In this document: in pieces, positions 25,204 through 32,000 of the stretch
Numbering within the stretch: the first letter of the stretch is position 1
How the letters are laid out: each line of letters starts with the position of its first letter
Assembly: GCF_000520955.1 (NCBI RefSeq)
Contig: NZ_JACC01000042.1
Span: forward strand, 1 to 32,000
Length of the DNA stretch: 32,000 nucleotides
Direction: 5' to 3'
Origin: Aquimarina pacifica
Lineage (GTDB): Bacteria; Bacteroidota; Bacteroidia; Flavobacteriales; Flavobacteriaceae
Notes under the pieces: generated by a model
The model's input: only the letters and a program-made list of their open reading frames with translations
Told to the model about the DNA's origin: nothing
Database searches by the model: none
Translations under genes and position numbers: made by a program

Positions 25204-25241
25204 TTTTTGTAGTAATTTTGTAGTTCATAAACGATGTGTAA

Positions 25242-26621
25242 ATGCAAAATCAATTATATGCAGTTATTGATGTAGAAACTACAGGTGGTGGTATTATGGG
25301 CAACCGTATAACAGAGATTTGCATTGTGCTACTACAGGGGACTACGGTTATTGACAAGTTTACTTCTTTGGTTAATCCAGAGCAGCATATCCCTCCTTTT
25401 ATTACAGGACTTACGGGTATTGATGATGATATGGTCAGAAATGCACCGACATTCGATGAGGTTGCTGATCGTATTTTAGAAATGACTACAGGAGCTATTT
25501 TCGTAGCTCATAATGTTAATTTTGACTATAATGTAGTTCGAGGAGAGTTTAAAACGCTAGGATATGCATTTGTTAGAAAAAAACTATGTACTGTACGTCT
25601 TGCAAGAAAATTAATACCAGGGTTACTTTCTTATAGTTTAGGGAAGCTTTGTTCATCACTTAATATCCCATTAGTAGATCGGCATCGTGCAGAGGGTGAT
25701 ACCGATGCTACAGTACTTTTGTTTCAAAGAATTTTGGCACTTGATCCAGAGCATATATTAATAAATACTTTTTTGAATGCTCGTTCTAAAGAAGCAACGC
25801 TTCCGCCACATCTTAGTGCAGATCATATAAATGCATTACCAGAAGAAACAGGTATTTATTTGTTTAGAGATCAAAAAGGTACTGTTATTTATGTAGGTAA
25901 GGCAAAAAATATAAAACAAAGGGTGTTAAGTCATTTCTATGATAAAAAGAATAAAGAATATACTCTTGGTCAAAATACTTATACTATTGACTATGAAGTT
26001 ACAGGTAATGAATTGATCGCTTTATTGTTAGAGGCAGATAAAATACATCAATATTATCCTAAGTTTAATAGCGCTCAAAAAAAACCAGTGATTCCGTATC
26101 GGATATTACAGTATACGAATAGAAAAGGGGTGATACAATTAGCCATTGACAGATCAAAAAAAATAGACCATTCGTTAGAAGTTTTTTATAAGAGATCTGA
26201 TGCTATTGAGCGATTAGAACAGCTATGTTTTGATCATCAACTCTGTCCTAAATACTGTAATCTGCAAAATACAACAGCACATTGTTCTCATTATCGTATT
26301 AAGAATTGCAAAGGGATATGTCAGGATAAAGAATCTGTAGCATTGTATAATATACGAGTACAGAGTGCATTAGCATCATTACAAGAACAAAAAGAGAGCT
26401 ACCTGATACGGGAAAAAGGTAGAGCTATAGATGAACATAGTTTTGTAATGATACAAAACGGAATATATAAAGGGTTTGGGTATGTTCATCAATCAGAGCA
26501 AGTATCACATTTTGATGATTTTGAAACTTTTTTGATACAACAAAAACACACGTACCATACTACCAAAATCATTAAAAGCTATGTACGTAAAAATGGGGGA
26601 AATAATATTATATATATGTGA
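25242..26621 (+). CDS. DnaQ-like DEDDh 3'-5' exonuclease fused to a UvrC/Cho-type GIY-YIG nuclease domain
   Basis: 459 aa. Exo I AVIDVETTG, Exo II FVAHNVNFDY, Exo III HRAEGD. Then GIYLFRDQKGTVIYVGKAKNIKQRVLSHF...EALLLEADKIHQYYPKFN (GIY-YIG as in the UvrC N-terminus). Confidence 0.85.
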   Translation: MQNQLYAVIDVETTGGGIMGNRITEICIVLLQGTTVIDKFTSLVNPEQHIPPFITGLTGIDDDMVRNAPTFDEVADRILEMTTGAIFVAHNVNFDYNVVRGEFKTLGYAFVRKKLCTVRLARKLIPGLLSYSLGKLCSSLNIPLVDRHRAEGDTDATVLLFQRILALDPEHILINTFLNARSKEATLPPHLSADHINALPEETGIYLFRDQKGTVIYVGKAKNIKQRVLSHFYDKKNKEYTLGQNTYTIDYEVTGNELIALLLEADKIHQYYPKFNSAQKKPVIPYRILQYTNRKGVIQLAIDRSKKIDHSLEVFYKRSDAIERLEQLCFDHQLCPKYCNLQNTTAHCSHYRIKNCKGICQDKESVALYNIRVQSALASLQEQKESYLIREKGRAIDEHSFVMIQNGIYKGFGYVHQSEQVSHFDDFETFLIQQKHTYHTTKIIKSYVRKNGGNNIIYM

Positions 26622-26771
26622 ACAGGCGTATACTTTTTGAGTAAAAAGGCTACTTATACTATTTTTTTGGTTGTATAAAAATGCTACGGTATCCAAAAAT
26701 TGTAAAATATAGGTGCAAATTTTTTTATATCGAATACAAGAGTGTACTCCAGTTCTATAAAAAGAAATGGT

Positions 26772-27992
26772 ATGGATACAACGATTATACATTTTGATCT
26801 GGATACTTTTTTTGTGTCTTGTGAGCGTCTTTTAGATAGTAGATTAAATAATAAACCTGTGATTGTAGGAGGTACCGGAGATCGAGGTGTAGTGAGTGCA
26901 GCAAGTTATGAGACGAGGGCCTATGGTGTTCATTCGGGGATGCCGATGAAGATGGCTAGACAATTATGTCCTAATGCAATATATATACGTGGTAATGCAG
27001 GTACCTATACCAAGTTTTCAAAATTGGTGACAGAAATATTACAGGGTGAAGTACCTGTTCTCGAAAAAGCAAGTGTTGATGAGTTCTATGCAGACCTTAC
27101 CGGTATGGATCGATTCTTTGGGTGCTATAAGTTTGCATCAGAATTACGAAGTAAAATTATTCGTGAATCAGGATTGCCAATTTCTTTTGGGCTTTCTGTA
27201 AATAAAACTGTTTCAAAAATTGCTACCAATGAAGCAAAACCTAATAATCAATTAAAAATTGATACAGGATATGAAAAAGCTTTTTTGGCTCCTTTATCTA
27301 TCAAAAAAATACCTATGGTAGGGGAGAAGACCTATCGTACATTTTGTAATATGGGAATCAAAAATGTGCATACAGTACAGCAAATGCCTGTCGAGATGAT
27401 GACCTCTGTATTCGGAAAAAATGGCCGTGTCATTTGGCAACGCGCTAATGGTATAGATCGCAGTCCTATTATAAAATATCATGAACGCAAATCTATTTCT
27501 AGTGAGCGTACCTATGGGCAGGATACTACTGATAGTACAATGTTAAAAACTACGATTACAGCAATGGCAGAAAATCTGGCTTTTCAATTGCGAAGAGGAG
27601 GGAAACTAACATCTTGTGTTACTGTAAAGATTCGTTATTCTGATTTTCAGACCTATTCAAAACAACTGAAAATACCGTATACCTCGGCAGATCACCATTT
27701 AATTCCTATAGTGATGCAGCTTTTTGACCAATTGTTTAGTAGAAGGTTGTTAATACGTCTTGTAGGAGTGCGATATAGTAGTTTGACAACAGGTACGTAT
27801 CAAATTAATTTGTTTGATGATGAAAAGAAAACAGTCAACCTATATAAGGCTATGGATGCAATACGTATTCGTTATGGAGATCGGAGTATTATGCGCGCAG
27901 CAACGATGGGGGACGGAGCGCGTACAGTAGGAAACTTTACCAACCCTTTTAACGGAGAACCTCCTATTGTTTTGGCACATAGGACGCAGTAA
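26772..27992 (+). CDS. dinB: Y-family DNA polymerase IV (catalytic residues intact)
   Basis: IIHFDLDTFFVSCE and SVDEFYADLTG keep the catalytic Asp/Asp/Glu. SFGLSVNKTVSKIATNEAKPN (HhH/thumb) and a little-finger region follow. Start trimmed from 26742 to MDTTIIHFDLD. Confidence 0.9.
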   Translation: MDTTIIHFDLDTFFVSCERLLDSRLNNKPVIVGGTGDRGVVSAASYETRAYGVHSGMPMKMARQLCPNAIYIRGNAGTYTKFSKLVTEILQGEVPVLEKASVDEFYADLTGMDRFFGCYKFASELRSKIIRESGLPISFGLSVNKTVSKIATNEAKPNNQLKIDTGYEKAFLAPLSIKKIPMVGEKTYRTFCNMGIKNVHTVQQMPVEMMTSVFGKNGRVIWQRANGIDRSPIIKYHERKSISSERTYGQDTTDSTMLKTTITAMAENLAFQLRRGGKLTSCVTVKIRYSDFQTYSKQLKIPYTSADHHLIPIVMQLFDQLFSRRLLIRLVGVRYSSLTTGTYQINLFDDEKKTVNLYKAMDAIRIRYGDRSIMRAATMGDGARTVGNFTNPFNGEPPIVLAHRTQ

Positions 27993-28003
27993 TAGATGGT
28001 AAA

Positions 28004-28168
28004 CCCGCTTTATGTAGTAGCATCTATTATAACTCAAAACTACTGCAAAAACTGGCGCTTCGCTACATTTTTTGTAGTCACCATAGTGGTGCTATGCAGA
28101 AAACAAGAAAATGCCAGTGTTTATGCTAGTTTTAGACCTCATTACGAAGTTCTACTGCATAAAGCGGG
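28004..28168 (+). other. ~165-nt nested-stem structured element in the dinB-dnaE2 spacer
   Basis: Outer 17-bp stem CCCGCTTTATGTAGTAG (28004-28020) / CTACTGCATAAAGCGGG (28152-28168), with one T-G pair. Inner complementary pairs CTGGC (28052-28056) / GCCAG (28113-28117) and CACCA-TAG-TGGTG. CTACTGCA is duplicated at ~28041-28048, which offers an alternative pairing partner. Confidence 0.5.
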
Positions 28169-28179
28169 GTAAAAGATTT

Positions 28180-28210
28180 AGATCTCAGGTTTATAAGACC
28201 TACGAGATCT
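28180..28210 (+). promoter_or_regulatory. hairpin/palindrome 49 nt upstream of the dnaE2-like start
   Basis: AGATCTCAGGT-TTATAAG-ACCTACGAGATCT (7+4 bp stem). No T-run, so not a classic terminator. Confidence 0.4.
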
Positions 28211-28258
28211 TTACAAAAAAAGTAACGCATAATTGGTATACTACCAAATCAATATACA

Positions 28259-31200
28259 ATGTATCTAAACAATCACTCATATTATAGTTTACGTTATGGT
28301 ACTATATCAGAAACTGAGTTGTTGGGTATGGCTCAACAGCATGCTTGTACATATTTTCCTCTTACAGATATTAATAACACTTCTGGCTGTTTAAATTTTA
28401 TAAGAAAAGCCCCTTCGTTTGGGATACGGCCTATAGTAGGGATTGATTTTCGTAATGATGCTCATCAATGTTATGTATGTCTAGCTAAGAATAATAAAGG
28501 TTTTCTTGAGCTTAACGAGTTTCTTTCTGAGTACTTACATCAGAAAAAAACAATACCAGATGAGGCTCCTCCTTTTACAGATAGTTTGGTGATTTATCCG
28601 TTTGAGAATGTATTGGCGTTAGATAAAGTTACTTTTTTAGAGTATGAATATATTGGGATAGGGCTTGCAGATGTCAATAAACTACGTTTTTCAAAATATA
28701 GTGAGTTTACAGATAAGTTAGTAGTGCTACACACCGTTAGCTTTCGCGATAAGCGAGATTTTAATACACATCGATTATTACGTGCTATTGATACTAATAT
28801 GTTATTGAGTAAATTACCAGAATCACAGCAAGGAAAAGTAGAACATAGAATGTATTCGTCAGCTGTTTTTGAAGAGGTTTTTGAGCAATACCCGCATATT
28901 CTTAAAAATACAGATAGACTACTTTCTCAATGTAGTATATCATTTGATTTCTCAAGAGATAGAGAAAACCAGAACTTAAGTACAGTGTTTGATAGTGTAG
29001 AGAAAGATTATCAAAAACTGGTAGCGCTTTGTGAAATAGGGTTGCCAAAACGCTATGAGGAGGTAACAGAGGCAATCCGAAAACGTTTAGAGAAGGAACT
29101 CAGTTTAATTAGACAACAAAATTTTGTAAGCTTCTTTTTGATTAACTGGAAAATTATTCGGTATGCAAAATCCAAAGATTATTTTCATGTAGGTCGCGGT
29201 AGTGGTGCCAATAGTATTGTAGCTTATTTATTAGAAATTACCGATGTTGATCCTATAGAACTTGACTTGTATTTTGAGCGTTTTATGAATTTATATCGTT
29301 CTAGTCCTCCTGATTTTGATATTGATTTTTCTAGCTGGGATCGAGAAGATATTACCCGTTTTATTTTTGAAACCTTTGGGCACAAAGGCCAGGCAGCATT
29401 ATTGGGGGCTTATGTTACTTTTAAGCATAGTGGTGCAGTACGAGAATTAGGTAAGGTGTTTGGGCTTCCTAAGCATGAGATAGACAGGCTTAGTAATGGT
29501 AAATATATACCCGAAAAACTCGATGAGATTTCGAGACTAGTACTGCGTTATGCAAAATATCTACAAGGGCGCCCAAATTATATTAGTATTCATGCTGCGG
29601 GGATATTGATTTCAGAAAAACCGATTCATTACTTCTCGGCAACACATTTACCTCCCAAGGGATTTCCTACTGTACAATTTGATATGCATATTGCAGAAGA
29701 TGTAGGGTTGTATAAGTTCGATATTTTGGGGCAACGTGGATTAGGGAAAATAAAAGATGCGATTGCGATTATCAAGGACAATCATCCAGATGTTAGGTTG
29801 CCAAATATTCATAATGCAACTCCTTTTTTTAACGATGCTAATATCAATGCTATGATTGAGAAAGCAGAATGTATAGGCTGTTTTTATGTAGAATCTCCCG
29901 CTATGCGAATGTTATTAAAAAAATTAGGAGTACGTGATTACTTAACATTGGTAGCTGCAAGTTCTATTATACGTCCGGGAGTTGCTAAAAGTGGAATGAT
30001 GCGAGAATATATTTTACGCCACAAAAATCCTGAACGAAGAAAGCAAGCGCACCCAATATTGTGGGATATTATGCCTGATACGTATGGTGTGATGGTATAT
30101 CAGGAAGATGTAATCAAAGTTGCGCATCATTATGCAGGACTTGACTTGGGAGAGGCTGATGTATTACGAAGAGGAATGAGTGGTAAGTATCGCTCCCGCG
30201 AAGAATTTCAGGCAGTAAAGAATAAATTTATTACCAATTGTCGTAAGCGAGGAGAAGCCGATGACGTAATTTTTGAAGTCTGGCGACAGATAGAAAGTTT
30301 TGCAGGATATGCTTTTGCAAAAGGACACTCTGCATCATATGCTGTAGAATCTTATCAGAGTTTGTATTTAAAGTGCTATTATCCATTAGAATATATGGTA
30401 GCTACGGTGAATAATGGAGGTGGGTTTTATAACGTAGAAACCTATTTGCATGAAGCACGAATGAATGGAGCAAGTATTCATGCCCCTTGTATTAATACAA
30501 GTTTGATAGAAACCATTATTAATACTAACGAAATTTATTTAGGGTTTCAACATTTGCAAGGATTAGAGAAACGTACAATGCTTAAGATCATTAGTGCCAG
30601 AGTGAATGGGAGCTTTAGTTCTCTAGAGGATTTTATAGATCGTGTGCCTCTTTCTATAGAGCAGTTAGATATTCTAATTCGTATTGATGCTTTTAGAATT
30701 TTAGGAATGAATAAACGAAGTTTATTATGGGAAGCATATTATAAGTGTACTCATGAAATAGTTGATGAATCTCAGCAACAGTTGTTTAGAGTAGATGTCA
30801 AGGGTTTTACATTACCAGAATTTACGATTACAGATTTAGAAAATGCTTTTGATCAATTAGAATTGCTAAATTTTACACTTTATGATCCTTTTATTTTATT
30901 AGAAACAGCACCAATAAATACAATATTAACTACTGATCTATCTCTTTATTTACATAAAATTGTAGTGATATATGGATATTTGGTTACGGCAAAAAATACA
31001 TCGACATCCAAAGGAGATCGTATGTTTTTTGGGACGTTTCTGGATCAGAAAGGACAGTGGATTGATACGGTACATTTTCCGCCAGTAGCAAAGAAATATC
31101 CGTTTCGAGGAAAAGGGATTTATCGAATTACCGGAAAAGTAGTTTCTGAGTTTGATTTTTTGAGTATCGAAGTCATTAAACAAGAAAGAATGCCTTATCG

Positions 31201-31282
31201 ATCAGATCCAAGATTTGATACTACATATAATCGCAAAGAATTGCCAGAAGACCAATCAAAACCTTTTAGGTTGTTGAGGTGA
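28259..31282 (+). CDS. dnaE2: accessory DNA polymerase III alpha-subunit homolog (short, DnaE2/ImuC-like)
   Basis: 1007 aa. N-terminal PHP-like region (NNHSYYSLRYG), palm/fingers motifs (GRGSGANSIVAYLLEITDVDP, PDFDIDF, FDILGQRGL, IIRPG, YQEDV, AFAKGHSASYA), and a C-terminal OB-like region. Too short to be the replicative DnaE (about 1400+ aa in this phylum). Confidence 0.88.
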   Translation: MYLNNHSYYSLRYGTISETELLGMAQQHACTYFPLTDINNTSGCLNFIRKAPSFGIRPIVGIDFRNDAHQCYVCLAKNNKGFLELNEFLSEYLHQKKTIPDEAPPFTDSLVIYPFENVLALDKVTFLEYEYIGIGLADVNKLRFSKYSEFTDKLVVLHTVSFRDKRDFNTHRLLRAIDTNMLLSKLPESQQGKVEHRMYSSAVFEEVFEQYPHILKNTDRLLSQCSISFDFSRDRENQNLSTVFDSVEKDYQKLVALCEIGLPKRYEEVTEAIRKRLEKELSLIRQQNFVSFFLINWKIIRYAKSKDYFHVGRGSGANSIVAYLLEITDVDPIELDLYFERFMNLYRSSPPDFDIDFSSWDREDITRFIFETFGHKGQAALLGAYVTFKHSGAVRELGKVFGLPKHEIDRLSNGKYIPEKLDEISRLVLRYAKYLQGRPNYISIHAAGILISEKPIHYFSATHLPPKGFPTVQFDMHIAEDVGLYKFDILGQRGLGKIKDAIAIIKDNHPDVRLPNIHNATPFFNDANINAMIEKAECIGCFYVESPAMRMLLKKLGVRDYLTLVAASSIIRPGVAKSGMMREYILRHKNPERRKQAHPILWDIMPDTYGVMVYQEDVIKVAHHYAGLDLGEADVLRRGMSGKYRSREEFQAVKNKFITNCRKRGEADDVIFEVWRQIESFAGYAFAKGHSASYAVESYQSLYLKCYYPLEYMVATVNNGGGFYNVETYLHEARMNGASIHAPCINTSLIETIINTNEIYLGFQHLQGLEKRTMLKIISARVNGSFSSLEDFIDRVPLSIEQLDILIRIDAFRILGMNKRSLLWEAYYKCTHEIVDESQQQLFRVDVKGFTLPEFTITDLENAFDQLELLNFTLYDPFILLETAPINTILTTDLSLYLHKIVVIYGYLVTAKNTSTSKGDRMFFGTFLDQKGQWIDTVHFPPVAKKYPFRGKGIYRITGKVVSEFDFLSIEVIKQERMPYRSDPRFDTTYNRKELPEDQSKPFRLLR

Positions 31283-31374
31283 TTTATGTTTTATTAGGTG
31301 TAAAATTTTATAACTAAGTATTTTTCACTCTAAAGTATAACACTATCTTTGGGCGCTTACAAACTCATCAGTAG

Positions 31375-31417
31375 TATATGATTTCAAATACGCTAATTGT
31401 TTATTTGAAATCATATA
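31375..31417. promoter_or_regulatory. perfect 16-bp inverted repeat with 11-nt loop
   Basis: TATATGATTTCAAATA-CGCTAATTGTT-TATTTGAAATCATATA. Lies between the dnaE2-like stop (31282) and the next start (31463). No T-run follows. Confidence 0.45.
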
Positions 31418-31462
31418 ATCTGCTTAGGATTTACATACTAGTCAAGTATAAAGCATACAATT

Positions 31463-32000
31463 ATGAATATTATCCTTACAGGAGCAACAGGTACTTTGGG
31501 ATCAAAAGTTTTATATGAATTTTTGACAGACAAGTTTGATGAAATTGAAAAAATATATCTTTTTGTAAGAAAAAAAGGAAATACATCTCCAGAATCACGA
31601 ATCAAAAAAGTAATTACTAGTGAATATGCTCCTGATACTATTAAGAAGAATCTAGATGCAGTATTAGAAAAAATAAAGGTGATTACTTCTGATGATTTTT
31701 TAAATCCTGCTGCTTTTTTGTCTAAAGAGGAAACTAACTATTTTATTCATTCTGCAGGGTATGTCAATCTATCCGTAAATCCTGATCAGGAGGATGAAAT
31801 TTTTAATGAGAATTTTGGATTTACAAAGAAGATTTTTAATTCATATGTAGATTATTTGCATAAGTTTATTTACATAAGTACTGCATTTTCGATAGGTAAT
31901 ATGGGAGGTGTTATAGATAATGACTACCTAAAAAAAGAGGAAGTTACCTATCGTAACTATTATGAGAAATCAAAGCATACTACAGAAAAATTTTTAGTAG
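31463..32000 (+). CDS. SDR/NAD-binding protein of the thioester-reductase (NAD_binding_4) / epimerase type, 5' partial (runs off the window)
   Basis: Manual translation from ATG 31463 gives MNIILTGATGTLGSKVLYEFL...YFIHSAGYVNLS...FIYISTAFS...YYEKSKHTTEKFLV. It carries the TGATGxLG Rossmann motif and a YxxSK catalytic motif, with no stop before the window end. Absent from the ORF track because it is open-ended. Confidence 0.7.
   Translation, partial: MNIILTGATGTLGSKVLYEFLTDKFDEIEKIYLFVRKKGNTSPESRIKKVITSEYAPDTIKKNLDAVLEKIKVITSDDFLNPAAFLSKEETNYFIHSAGYVNLSVNPDQEDEIFNENFGFTKKIFNSYVDYLHKFIYISTAFSIGNMGGVIDNDYLKKEEVTYRNYYEKSKHTTEKFLV

Noticed and set aside
25148-25208. Reading the 24-bp inverted repeat plus T-run as a plain intrinsic terminator
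   Set aside because: There is no upstream plus-strand gene to terminate, because the neighbouring gene is divergent. On the minus strand it lies upstream of the histidine kinase start, not downstream. It is kept as a candidate operator or leader.
28138-28149. TCATTACGAAGT in the dinB-dnaE2 spacer as a remnant of the GIY-YIG-associated hairpin arm (TCATTACGA...CGAAGTAATC)
   Set aside because: Only about 12 nt of discontinuous similarity and no partner arm, which is too short to distinguish from chance.
14215-31183. Other short antisense ORFs in the track: 14215-14409, 15425-15640, 17396-17584, 18900-19097, 20783-21064, 22029-22226, 22278-22487, 26505-26792, 27294-27482, 27840-28037 and 30950-31183
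   Set aside because: Each is embedded in, or antisense to, a long well-supported CDS, or spans a terminator region. They have biased composition and no motifs.
1-32000. tRNA, rRNA, tmRNA or riboswitch genes in the intergenic regions
   Set aside because: By eye, no cloverleaf-compatible segments and no conserved rRNA or riboswitch motifs in any spacer. This is a visual scan only, so tRNAscan-SE or Infernal should confirm it.

Overview
AT-rich chromosomal segment with the gene content and style of a Bacteroidota (Flavobacteriia-type) genome: lipoprotein signal peptides, YceI/DUF5777-type envelope genes, and no obvious Shine-Dalgarno sequences. No tRNA, rRNA or CRISPR array was found.

Layout, left to right:
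(1) 1-2565: a minus-strand array of small orphan gene cassettes. Each cassette is followed by a conserved ~200-bp structured repeat with imperfect terminal inverted repeats. The array sits directly downstream of a decayed tyrosine-recombinase pseudogene, so the architecture is integron-like or rAID-like.
(2) 2728-5590 and 10028-11892: two inverted, diverged paralogous envelope operons (OB-fold anchor, YceI, predicted outer-membrane beta-barrel). They flank a membrane-bound Cache-LytTR one-component regulator.
(3) 5781-7972: the most striking feature. This is a 2.2-kb tandem array of about 21 copies of a 90-94-bp hairpin-forming unit. A small GIY-YIG (COG2827-type) nuclease gene sits exactly where the hairpin loop would be in one unit, so the short units look like gene-less miniatures of a GIY-YIG element.
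(4) 11939-24830: ordinary housekeeping and accessory genes. These are pirin, a ferredoxin-like protein, GNAT, SDR, YegP, OmpA-family, thioredoxin-like, YbaB, oligopeptidase B, a CBS-like PLP enzyme next to an alpha-oxoamine synthase (a possible sulfonolipid pair), and an orphan TPR histidine kinase.
(5) 25148-31282: a three-gene damage-tolerance cassette (DnaQ-exonuclease/GIY-YIG fusion, catalytically intact DinB, short DnaE2-like polymerase). It is preceded by a perfect 24-bp inverted repeat and interrupted by a highly structured 267-bp spacer.

All functional calls come from reading the translated ORFs and the DNA by eye. No database searches were run.
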